Positions 1 through 7,571 of a DNA stretch of 43,494 nucleotides are shown in pieces. Origin of the DNA: Sulfurovum sp. (GTDB lineage Bacteria > Campylobacterota > Campylobacteria > Campylobacterales > Sulfurovaceae); NCBI GenBank assembly GCA_002733355.1, contig NVVN01000005.1, positions 66,104 through 109,597 of the forward strand, in the 5' to 3' direction. A model generated the notes under the pieces. That model had not been told where the DNA came from. It ran no database searches and worked only from the letters and a program-made list of their open reading frames with translations. The translations under genes and the position numbers were made by a program. How positions within the stretch are numbered: position 1 is the first letter of the stretch; each line of letters begins with the position of its first letter.

Positions 1-1085
1 ATGAAAGGCTCAACGATATTTTTACATCTATAACAGTGACCTACTTGATGAACGTGATCTTCTATTTTCACTATGTAACCAGCATCTTCAAGTGCTTTTA
101 CGATGACAGGACGTGCTTGAAGACGCTCTAGTCCTGCGAATTCTCCACAGTAGTCATTAAGTATTCCTTTTTCATCAAATACCTTAATGAATTCAAGGTC
201 ATGACGTTTGCCTACAGCATAGTCATTTTGATCATGTGCAGGTGTAACTTTTACTACACCTGTACCAAACTCCATATCTACATGTGTATCTGTAATGACT
301 TTTATTTTTCTATCGGTTAATGGTAGTAAAATTTCTTTACCTACGATGTCTGCATAGCGACTGTCATCAGGATGTACCATAATAGCAGTATCTCCAAAGT
401 AAGTCTCCGGTCTTGTTGTTGCTACTTCAAGCTCTCCAGAACCATCAGCAAACTTATAAACCATAGTGTAAAACTTGCCGTTTACCTCTTCATGTTCTAC
501 TTCGATGTCAGAGAGTGCGCCATCGTGTGTACACCAGTTTACCATGTAGGTATTTTGTGTGATATGTCCATCATTATAAAGAGATACAAAAGCCTCTTTT
601 ACTGCTTCTTTTAACCCCTCATCCATCGTAAAACGTTCACGCTTCCATGCAGGGGTAACGCCTAGCTTTCTCATTTGATGAACAATGTTCCCACCACTTG
701 TCTCTTTTTGAAGCCATGCGCGCTCTAAAAACTTCTCACGGCCCAGTTCTTCTTTGCTTGTGCCTTCAGCAAGTAACTGTTTCTCTACAATGTTCTGTGT
801 AGCAATCCCCGCATGGTCAGTCCCCGGTTGCCAAAGTGTCTTAAACCCATCCATACGCTTATAACGTGTAATGATGTCTTGAAGTGTAAAGGTGAGGGCA
901 TGTCCTATGTGTAGGCTACCGGTAACATTAGGTGGTGGCATCATAATAGAAAAGTTTTTACCGTCTTCCTGTATACTCTTATTCCCATCTATCTCAAAGT
1001 ACCCACGCTCTTCACAGAGTTTATAATACTTATCTTCTATAACTTTAGGGTTATATGTTGCTTTCTTTTCTACAGGTCCACTCAT
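1..1085 (-). CDS. valS: Valyl-tRNA synthetase, 5' part (runs off the window edge; not in the ORF track)
   Basis: Manual translation from ATG at 1085 (SD AGGA upstream): MSGPVEKKATYNPK...MMPPPNVTGSLHIGHALT (HIGH motif)...WQPGTDHAGIATQ...VATTRPET...GTGVVKVTPAHD...VGHCYRC, open to the window edge. Confidence 0.97.
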   Translation of the reverse strand, partial: MSGPVEKKATYNPKVIEDKYYKLCEERGYFEIDGNKSIQEDGKNFSIMMPPPNVTGSLHIGHALTFTLQDIITRYKRMDGFKTLWQPGTDHAGIATQNIVEKQLLAEGTSKEELGREKFLERAWLQKETSGGNIVHQMRKLGVTPAWKRERFTMDEGLKEAVKEAFVSLYNDGHITQNTYMVNWCTHDGALSDIEVEHEEVNGKFYTMVYKFADGSGELEVATTRPETYFGDTAIMVHPDDSRYADIVGKEILLPLTDRKIKVITDTHVDMEFGTGVVKVTPAHDQNDYAVGKRHDLEFIKVFDEKGILNDYCGEFAGLERLQARPVIVKALEDAGYIVKIEDHVHQVGHCYRCKNIVEPF

Positions 1086-1218
1086 CAAACTATCCTACAT
1101 GCTTATATATTATCGCGATTATAGCGTAATGGTGCTTTCTGTTTTATGGTAGATACCATTGTATATATTTTAGTGATTATATTCATAGTAAAAAAGGTGA
1201 TAAAGTCTTAAAATCGTG

Positions 1219-1247
1219 TTGACAAATAATGGAGATTGAACTAAAAT
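1219..1247 (+). promoter_or_regulatory. Near-consensus sigma70 promoter for the two small ORFs
   Basis: TTGACA (1219-1224), 17-nt spacer, TAAAAT (1242-1247), then SD AAGGAG just before ATG 1263/1266. Confidence 0.7.
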
Positions 1248-1262
1248 AACTAAAAGGAGTAA

Positions 1263-1460
1263 ATGATGAAAGAAAAAATAGAAGAACTCATACAAAAAGT
1301 AGAAACATCTGAAAAGATATCCGGTGAAAATAAACCGCTTATATTGGAAAAAATTAAAGAATGGAAAAGTGAAGACAATGCCATAGCCGATATTACCGTA
1401 CGTTTTGAAAACTGGTGGATGGAAATGGAGCCTATTTTTGCTGAACTTGGTTGGATTTAA
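1263..1460 (+). CDS. Small helical hypothetical protein (65 aa)
   Basis: Strong SD, charged amphipathic helical sequence ending WWMEMEPIFAELGWI; no family recognised. Confidence 0.75.
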   Translation: MMKEKIEELIQKVETSEKISGENKPLILEKIKEWKSEDNAIADITVRFENWWMEMEPIFAELGWI

Positions 1461-1462
1461 GT

Positions 1463-1651
1463 GTGGATATTTACACCCAATATAAGTATGAAAAGAAATG
1501 GACAAAAACCAGTGAAAAAGATGCCCTTCGTATTATAGAAGAAGAGATGCCTGAAACGGATGCCAGTGGTACACTTATGTATATCTTGGGAGAGATAGCA
1601 AAAGGTAAGACGGTTACCTTAGCAGAGTGTCGTTTTAAAGATTCTATTTAA
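1463..1651 (+). CDS. Small hypothetical protein (~62 aa)
   Basis: In-frame GTG 2 nt after the stop of the previous ORF, suggesting coupling; protein-like composition; overlaps the end of the convergent MBL gene by 8 bp. Confidence 0.65.
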   Translation: MDIYTQYKYEKKWTKTSEKDALRIIEEEMPETDASGTLMYILGEIAKGKTVTLAECRFKDSI

Positions 1652-2531
1652 GCATATAGTAACTCTTATCATTTGCAAACTTGATGTTGCCTTTATAGTA
1701 TTTTTTTATTTCACGTTTGCTTTCTGCTTCTTTTCCTAGAGTTCTTAACATCCGATGTGAAAGTATAAGCATTTTAGTTTTTGATTGTTTTGCAATTTGA
1801 CCGATGATATTAGGTGTCATATGTAATTTTGAAGCCACACCGGAAGCTCCTTTTGGTACTGCATTATGTGCGACTAAAATGTCTGTACCAGCTGCTAGTT
1901 TTTCTAATGTATGGTAGTCTCCATTCATATCTCCTGAAAAGGTAATGCTTTTATTGCCTATTTGCACCCTGTACGCAATAGCTGGTATAGGACCATGATG
2001 CACAGAAATGGCCGAGATATGTAGATTTCCTTGAGTATAAATAGACTTTACTGTACGAGTATCTTTAATAGTGTGGGTTTTAAGTTGTAGTCTTGCTTTA
2101 CAATCTAAGTGATCTCCAAGATAGTGCCATGCACCATGATTATCTTCAAAAAGCCTTTCTATAAATTCTTGGGTACTTGGCATAAAATCATTGTTACTAG
2201 GTCCATATATATGTAGGTTTCCAGAAGCTCTTGTAAAAAAACTGGATTTCAAAAGTACTGGTATATCAGCAGTATGATCAACATGTAAATGTGTAAGTAA
2301 GATGACATCAAGATCTTCAATCTTTGCATTTACTTCTTCAAATCGAAGTGATGCTCCTCCACCAAAGTCAATAAGTACCTTACTTTTACCATCTACCCAT
2401 ATAAGGTAGGATGATGAGGCGCGTTTATCACCACTTTCTGGACCACCAGAACCAAGTACTTGCAGTTTAATGTTTGGCTGAGAAAGGGCAAAAAGTGTAG
2501 TTATTGCTAGCATATAAAAATAATTTATCAT
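1644..2531 (-). CDS. Exported MBL-fold metallo-hydrolase (RNase Z/arylsulfatase-like)
   Basis: THLHVDH (HxHxDH) motif, VLGSGGP, FSGD, later His ligands. Start moved to ATG 2531 (SD AAGGA), giving a signal-peptide-like N-terminus MINYFYMLAITTLFALSQ. Confidence 0.85.
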   Translation of the reverse strand: MINYFYMLAITTLFALSQPNIKLQVLGSGGPESGDKRASSSYLIWVDGKSKVLIDFGGGASLRFEEVNAKIEDLDVILLTHLHVDHTADIPVLLKSSFFTRASGNLHIYGPSNNDFMPSTQEFIERLFEDNHGAWHYLGDHLDCKARLQLKTHTIKDTRTVKSIYTQGNLHISAISVHHGPIPAIAYRVQIGNKSITFSGDMNGDYHTLEKLAAGTDILVAHNAVPKGASGVASKLHMTPNIIGQIAKQSKTKMLILSHRMLRTLGKEAESKREIKKYYKGNIKFANDKSYYMLK

Positions 2532-2614
2532 AAATTCTATCCTTTGAGTGCGTGCATGAACTATACACATAAGATAGTGTATACTATATTTATGTAACAA
2601 TCGTGTACACAAAT

Positions 2615-2661
2615 AAGGAAGCATAATGACAAATATTATAATACACTACAAGGAAGCATAA
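2615..2661 (+). repeat. 12-bp direct repeat AAGGAAGCATAA (duplicated RBS) enclosing an 11-aa mini-ORF
   Basis: Copies at 2615-2626 and 2650-2661; ATG 2626 to TAA 2661 encodes MTNIIIHYKEA. Confidence 0.8.
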
Positions 2662-2662
2662 A

Positions 2663-3112
2663 ATGTCAAGTCTCAAAAAAATAATGGCTGAGATTTCGAT
2701 ACTTTTTGCCTACCCAAAAAATATTATATTTTTATTGAGTAGACTATTACTTGCTTATGGATTTGCAACACCAGCATTGCTTAAAATTAACAATATTGAA
2801 GCTACAGCAGTGTGGTTTGGAAGTGTGTCCATACCTTTTCCTCTCTTGTTTTCTTATCTTGTATCAGGTATTGAGGTATTAGGTATAGTACTTCTTATAC
2901 TAGGATTATTCACACGTCAAATCTCTGTCTTACTTTCTTTTATAATGTTTGGTGCAGTCTTTTTTGTGCATTGGGAACATGGTTTTGCAGTTGCCAATAA
3001 TGGTTTTGAAATTCCACTGTATTATTTAGCATTTTTACTACTTTTTGCAACATTTGGGGCGGGTAAGTACAGTTTAGATTATTTATTTTTTAAGGATGGC
3101 ACTCATGAATAA
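2663..3112 (+). CDS. DoxX family membrane protein
   Basis: Four hydrophobic segments; RLLLAYGF...E..G..L..GLFTR...VH...NGFE...GAGKYSLD signature. Confidence 0.9.
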   Translation: MSSLKKIMAEISILFAYPKNIIFLLSRLLLAYGFATPALLKINNIEATAVWFGSVSIPFPLLFSYLVSGIEVLGIVLLILGLFTRQISVLLSFIMFGAVFFVHWEHGFAVANNGFEIPLYYLAFLLLFATFGAGKYSLDYLFFKDGTHE

Positions 3113-4802
3113 TGAAAGTATATTTTTACATTTTCCACTTCTTGTAGCACACTGGGGTGTATTATTTAAAGTATTAACCATTTTACTTATTATTGTACTG
3201 ATTTCTATTGCTATTTATGATAGATTTATTCAAAGAAAAGATCAACTTCTTATAAATTACCCACTTGTAGGGCGTATGCGCTACCTTTTTTATATGTTAC
3301 GAAATCCAATGCGTCAATATTTTGGAGATGAAATCTATTATGATTCTTTTGAAAAAGTTGAATGGGTAAATAAGGTTTCTGATGGCGAAAACCCTTATCT
3401 TTCTTTTGCGCTGGCCAAACCCTATGGTAATCAAAAAACACTTTTTAAACATGCTAATTTTGTTAAAGAGATACACGAAGTGCAAAATGACTTTTCTGTT
3501 TTATTTGGTAAAGAAAGACTCAAACCATATAAAACTAGAAGTATTATTGGTCGTTCTGCCATGAGTGATGGTTCTATCTCTCCAGAAGGTACACGGGCAT
3601 TTGCCAGAGGTGCATTTAATGGTCATTTTCCTATCAATACGGGGGAAGGTGGTTTAACATCGAATTTTCTTGCAACGATGAACTTATGTGACTGTGATGA
3701 AAGATATATTGAAACAAGAGAAGGGAGCTGGTTTGCCAAGATAATTTATAGGATTACACACTTTTTAACAAACAGAGAAATTTCACAGAGACTTTATAGA
3801 AGTATGGTAGTACGTCAAAAAGACAAAGGATCTTTCGTCTTTGATAGAGGTGAATTGGTCTATTTTCGCATAGATTGGAAAAAGTCACTAGATCTGTTTC
3901 CGACAGAAGTACCATTTGGAGTTCCTGATATAACATTTCAAATGGGTTCTGGACTTTATGGTGTAAGAGATGAACAAGGTAAGTTTGATGACGTGAGGTA
4001 TCAAAAGGTCATGAGCTTTTGTCAAATGACTGAAATAAAGTTGGCTCAAGGAGCAAAACAAACAGGAGGAAAACTACTTGCTACTAAAGTAAGCGATGAT
4101 ATTGCTTATTATAGGGGTATCCCTGCGCATCAGGATCTTATCAGTCCTAACCGTTTTCCTTATGCTACTGATACAGAAACTTTGTTTGATTTTATAGAAC
4201 ATTTACAAGTAATATCTGAAAAACCTGTAGGTTTTAAAATTGTTATATCCTCAGTTGAAAACTTTGAAATTTTTACTAAAGCACTCAAAAAAAGACTCGA
4301 TGCAGGTAAAAGTATTGCTGATTTTATCACGATTGATGGAGGTGATGGTGGTTCTGCAACTGCACCATTGGAAATGATGTCGAAGATAGGACTACCTATC
4401 AGAGAAGCGCTGCTCCTTGTTAATAAATCACTTGAAGAGTATAAATTAAAAGAACATATAAAAATCATAGCCAGTGAAAAAGTACTTACACCAGATGATG
4501 TGGTTGAACTACTTTGTCATGGTGCAGATTTTATAAATATTGCTAGAGGATTTATGATTTCCGCAGGATGTATACGTGCAAGGGAATGTTCCGGAGCAAA
4601 TGGGAGAGACTGCCCTGTAGGGCTTGCAACCATGAACGAATCCAAAAGAAGTAGATTTCTCGTAATTGAAAAGTCTAAACATATTGCTTTTTATCATCAT
4701 CAACTCCTTTTAGGTGTGCGTGGCTTACTTGCAGTTATGGGTAAAACTAATGTAAATGAACTTTCAATGGATGATCTTACACCACGATTTAAATACCGTT
4801 AA
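3105..4802 (+). CDS. Membrane-anchored FMN-binding glutamate synthase family protein (YerD-like, stand-alone)
   Basis: SAMSDGS, NTGEGG, EIKLAQGAK, DFITIDGGDGGSA, IARGFM and a C-terminal Cys cluster; N-terminal TM helix; ATG 3105 with SD AAGGA overlaps the doxX stop. Confidence 0.9.
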   Translation: MNNESIFLHFPLLVAHWGVLFKVLTILLIIVLISIAIYDRFIQRKDQLLINYPLVGRMRYLFYMLRNPMRQYFGDEIYYDSFEKVEWVNKVSDGENPYLSFALAKPYGNQKTLFKHANFVKEIHEVQNDFSVLFGKERLKPYKTRSIIGRSAMSDGSISPEGTRAFARGAFNGHFPINTGEGGLTSNFLATMNLCDCDERYIETREGSWFAKIIYRITHFLTNREISQRLYRSMVVRQKDKGSFVFDRGELVYFRIDWKKSLDLFPTEVPFGVPDITFQMGSGLYGVRDEQGKFDDVRYQKVMSFCQMTEIKLAQGAKQTGGKLLATKVSDDIAYYRGIPAHQDLISPNRFPYATDTETLFDFIEHLQVISEKPVGFKIVISSVENFEIFTKALKKRLDAGKSIADFITIDGGDGGSATAPLEMMSKIGLPIREALLLVNKSLEEYKLKEHIKIIASEKVLTPDDVVELLCHGADFINIARGFMISAGCIRARECSGANGRDCPVGLATMNESKRSRFLVIEKSKHIAFYHHQLLLGVRGLLAVMGKTNVNELSMDDLTPRFKYR

Positions 4803-4822
4803 ACATTGCCTTTTATAATTTG
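4803..4822. repeat. 20-bp exact direct repeat, copy 1 (ACATTGCCTTTTATAATTTG)
   Basis: Identical to 21056-21075. Confidence 0.9.
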
Positions 4823-4842
4823 GTATAAACCAATTATAGGAG
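4810..4842 (+). promoter_or_regulatory. Inverted repeat upstream of hsp20 (SD-occluding fourU-like hairpin and/or TATAATT-N11-AATTATA operator)
   Basis: TATAATT 4814-4820, 11 nt, AATTATA 4832-4838; as RNA, CUUUU (4810-4814) can pair with AGGAG (4838-4842). Extended -10 TGGTATAAA lies at 4821-4829. Confidence 0.5.
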
Positions 4843-4848
4843 TAAAAC

Positions 4849-5442
4849 ATGTTTAGAAAAAAACTATCTCTTATTATATTGCCTCTAGTTTCTACATTTT
4901 CACTGCAAGCCAATGACCCTTTTGAGAATAATATATTTAAAGAGATGATGCAGATGCAAAAGGAAATGGATCAAGTCTTTAATCGTATGCAACAGCACTC
5001 ATCCAAACTGTTAATTCCCCTAAGTGGCTCTAAGATAAACCAAACACAAGAGTTTGTTGATAAAGGCAAATATTATGAATTTATTACCAATATCCCTGAA
5101 AATAAAGAAAATAAAATCAATATAAATGCTAAAAATTCCATGATGTCTATCACAGCAAAAATCATAGAGAAACATGAAAATAAAACAGCTAACAGCTTTA
5201 GTTCTTCAAGTTCTATGCAAATGTATCAAAAAAGTATACCTTTACCTAAAGATGCTGATGAGGGGAGTTTGAAAGCTGAGTATAAAAATAAAAAACTTGT
5301 TATTTATCTAAATAAGAAGATAAATATACAGAAAACTGTTCAAAATATAGATAGTAATACTTCAGAATCAAATAGAACAAAAGAGAATAATAATTCAAAG
5401 AATAAAATAATGATTAATTCTGATTTTCCGTCTGTAAGTTAA
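4849..5442 (+). CDS. Hsp20/alpha-crystallin family protein with predicted Sec signal peptide
   Basis: N-terminus MFRKKLSLIILPLVSTFSLQA; alpha-crystallin core ...YQKSIPLPKDADEGSLKAEYKNKKLVIYLNK; SD AGGAG. Confidence 0.85.
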   Translation: MFRKKLSLIILPLVSTFSLQANDPFENNIFKEMMQMQKEMDQVFNRMQQHSSKLLIPLSGSKINQTQEFVDKGKYYEFITNIPENKENKININAKNSMMSITAKIIEKHENKTANSFSSSSSMQMYQKSIPLPKDADEGSLKAEYKNKKLVIYLNKKINIQKTVQNIDSNTSESNRTKENNNSKNKIMINSDFPSVS

Positions 5443-5494
5443 CTTTTTTTATGCCACTTTTATCCTCTATAGCACTAATTTACTTTCCCTTCTT

Positions 5495-6349
5495 TTATGG
5501 TCTGTTAAAGGCAAGCCATTGCTTAGGAACAATCTCTATAGAATCTTTCGCTGTCATAAGATAAGCGATAACCATTGCACGTGCAGAACTATCACCTCCT
5601 GCTTTTGCATTTTGGATAAGAGCCTCCTTGAAGTTGTTGTACTTAAATAAAATATGCATAGTACTAGGGAAACTAGCCTCCGTAGGACAGGCAGAACCAA
5701 AACCAGCTATGGCTTCAAGAGTCTCTTTATCTTTAGAGTTATACCCTGCATCTATATATGCTTGTATCTTTGGTGGAGCTTGTACTTTTAGCTTTAAAAT
5801 ACTCTCTTGTATACCCTCACCATCAAGTACTTCAAGTAAAAGTTTAGAAAAAAAGTGCATAGCTCCTAATACGTCTTCATTATTGTGTGTAGCTTGTGCC
5901 AATAGTTTTGTATTTTCCATAAATTGATCTCTAGTTTGGGAAACTTTTAAAAGTGGAACAATACGTCCAATAACTGACATGTCTCCAGAGTTTGATCCAC
6001 ATGGGATGCTTAAGTTATTGTCTAAATTACTAAGTGTTTCTTTTGTAGAACCATCAATGTAACCTTTAAAGGTTTGCATTTTTTCTTTCCAGTAAGTCAT
6101 GTAATCAGTCACATTAAAAGTGTTCTTATCTTTTAAAAAATCATTTAAGATAAGAATTTGATCACCATAATGAGTGAAATCACCTTTTTCTTTGCCTTCG
6201 TGCCATGCTACATGTGGTGGATTCAGTGCTTCCCAGTCAATATCTAAGTTTTTTAACTCTTTAGCATCATGAACCCAGTGTGAACCTAGACAATAACTAT
6301 CTGCAGCCAATGTCGACAATAGTAGCTCTTCGTATTTTTTTTCATACAT
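5495..6349 (-). CDS. ADP-ribosylglycohydrolase (DraG/ARH) family protein, atypical subtype
   Basis: AADSYCLG, GDFTHYGDQ, THNN and GGDSSAR at the positions of the ARH motifs; SD AAGGAG favours ATG 6349 over 6352. Confidence 0.8.
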   Translation of the reverse strand: MYEKKYEELLLSTLAADSYCLGSHWVHDAKELKNLDIDWEALNPPHVAWHEGKEKGDFTHYGDQILILNDFLKDKNTFNVTDYMTYWKEKMQTFKGYIDGSTKETLSNLDNNLSIPCGSNSGDMSVIGRIVPLLKVSQTRDQFMENTKLLAQATHNNEDVLGAMHFFSKLLLEVLDGEGIQESILKLKVQAPPKIQAYIDAGYNSKDKETLEAIAGFGSACPTEASFPSTMHILFKYNNFKEALIQNAKAGGDSSARAMVIAYLMTAKDSIEIVPKQWLAFNRP

Positions 6350-6575
6350 CATGACTCCTTATTTACTAAGTGTATCTTTTTCTCTTAGAAATAGATATAG
6401 TAGTATCATAATCCAGAAGAATATGCTTGTTTAATTGTACATTTATTTTTTGAGTTTTCTTTTTAGTAAAGGAGTAGAAGAAGCTTAGATTTCCAAATTG
6501 TAGAATAACTTTTCTTTTAAAAAATATTCACGAACTCGTACTATCATAGCTTCTCGTTTAGAGACTAGACATGGA

Positions 6576-7496
6576 TTAAATTGGTATAACCCTTATGTTT
6601 GGATCAAGTTTGTCTTTGAGGGCATTTTCTATAGCAAAAAGTGTTCCTGTACCAGAACTTGAACAGCTACTACATGCACCAAGGTAAGAGATATAGACTT
6701 CATATTGCTCACCATTTTCTTTTACAGAAAGTACATCTATATCCCCACCATCCATAACGAGAAATTCTCTTACGGTATTGTCAATGGCAGTATCAACAGC
6801 AATAACTCTATGGTCTGGACTTAAATCTTTAAAAGGAACAGCATTTAGAGCGTCATCTGCTTCTTTTTGTTCTGCTACGGATTGCTTATTTAGTTCCATT
6901 AAATGTAAAAGGTTTTGTTGACAACTGTCTTCTGCAACACTTATTTTTGTATAGTTTTCAGCATCTTGTAGTGTTTGAATATTATGTGCAGCTATAGTAG
7001 ACTTAATGGCGGCAATACTCATAGGACTCTCAGCACAAGGTATCGTTGATTCTTCATGGCTAAGTGATGCCTTGATATACTCTTTTACGGCTACTTTTAC
7101 AGCTTCGAGTGCAAAAGTGACAGCATATGCTTCATTTGCAGGTAAAGCCTCTATGCTAGGGTTGTCACGCAGTAAACGTTCCAAAGCAGAGTAAGTAAGG
7201 CTCTCCATCTCTGGCATCGTTTTGTTTGTAGATATGAGTGCTAACATATGATTAACAGCAATACCTGAAAGTACACCTTCATAACTATAACGTGCTAATT
7301 TGATAGTATCTTCATGTGTATCGATAGCCCAGTGTAATGTCAACTTGTAGCCTACTTCATCACTTCCATAAGTATAACTAAATACAGATGCACCTAACTC
7401 TTTTGCTTCTTCATTAGAAATCGTCCCCATATATTTGGGGTTTTCTATAAACATAGCAACTTTTATGCCATATTCATTTTTTTTATCTAAATCCAT
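6576..7496 (-). CDS. NifU-like three-domain protein with degenerate scaffold domains and intact C-terminal Nfu CxxC
   Basis: Collinear with epsilonproteobacterial NifU (LRDNP...LP; YTK; DGGDI.V...YLGACSSC...GTLFAIENAL...IRVIPI), but the IscU-like domain has no Cys. Confidence 0.85.
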   Translation of the reverse strand: MDLDKKNEYGIKVAMFIENPKYMGTISNEEAKELGASVFSYTYGSDEVGYKLTLHWAIDTHEDTIKLARYSYEGVLSGIAVNHMLALISTNKTMPEMESLTYSALERLLRDNPSIEALPANEAYAVTFALEAVKVAVKEYIKASLSHEESTIPCAESPMSIAAIKSTIAAHNIQTLQDAENYTKISVAEDSCQQNLLHLMELNKQSVAEQKEADDALNAVPFKDLSPDHRVIAVDTAIDNTVREFLVMDGGDIDVLSVKENGEQYEVYISYLGACSSCSSSGTGTLFAIENALKDKLDPNIRVIPI

Positions 7497-7516
7497 ATTG
7501 TTCCTTTGGGTATATG

Positions 7517-7550
7517 AGCCTACTTTAGCATGCTAAACTAAAAGTAGGCT
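7517..7550. promoter_or_regulatory. Nested inverted repeats between czcA1 and the nifU-like gene
   Basis: AGCCTACTTT (7517-7526) / AAAGTAGGCT (7541-7550), overlapping the perfect palindrome TTTAGCATGCTAAA (7524-7537); a minus-strand TGcTAAAGT extended -10 lies inside. Confidence 0.5.
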
Positions 7551-7571
7551 AAAAGAAAAAGAAAAAATATT

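Noticed and set aside
372-614. Plus-strand 80-aa ORF
   Set aside because: Antisense shadow of valS; no SD or family features.
2532-2624. N-terminal extension of the MBL ORF given in the ORF track
   Set aside because: Runs through the divergent promoter; SD and signal peptide support ATG 2531.
3105-4802. Calling this gltB (true glutamate synthase)
   Set aside because: Only the FMN/Fe-S domain is present; no glutamine amidotransferase domain and no gltD.
5461-5480. TAGCACT as a possible CIRCE (HrcA) half-site near hsp20
   Set aside because: Downstream of the gene and lacks the second GAGTGCTAA arm.
6485-6550. Minus-strand micro-ORF MIVRVREYFLKEKLFYNLEI between the nifU-like and ARH genes
   Set aside because: Protein-like but only 20 codons, with no SD and no recognisable family.
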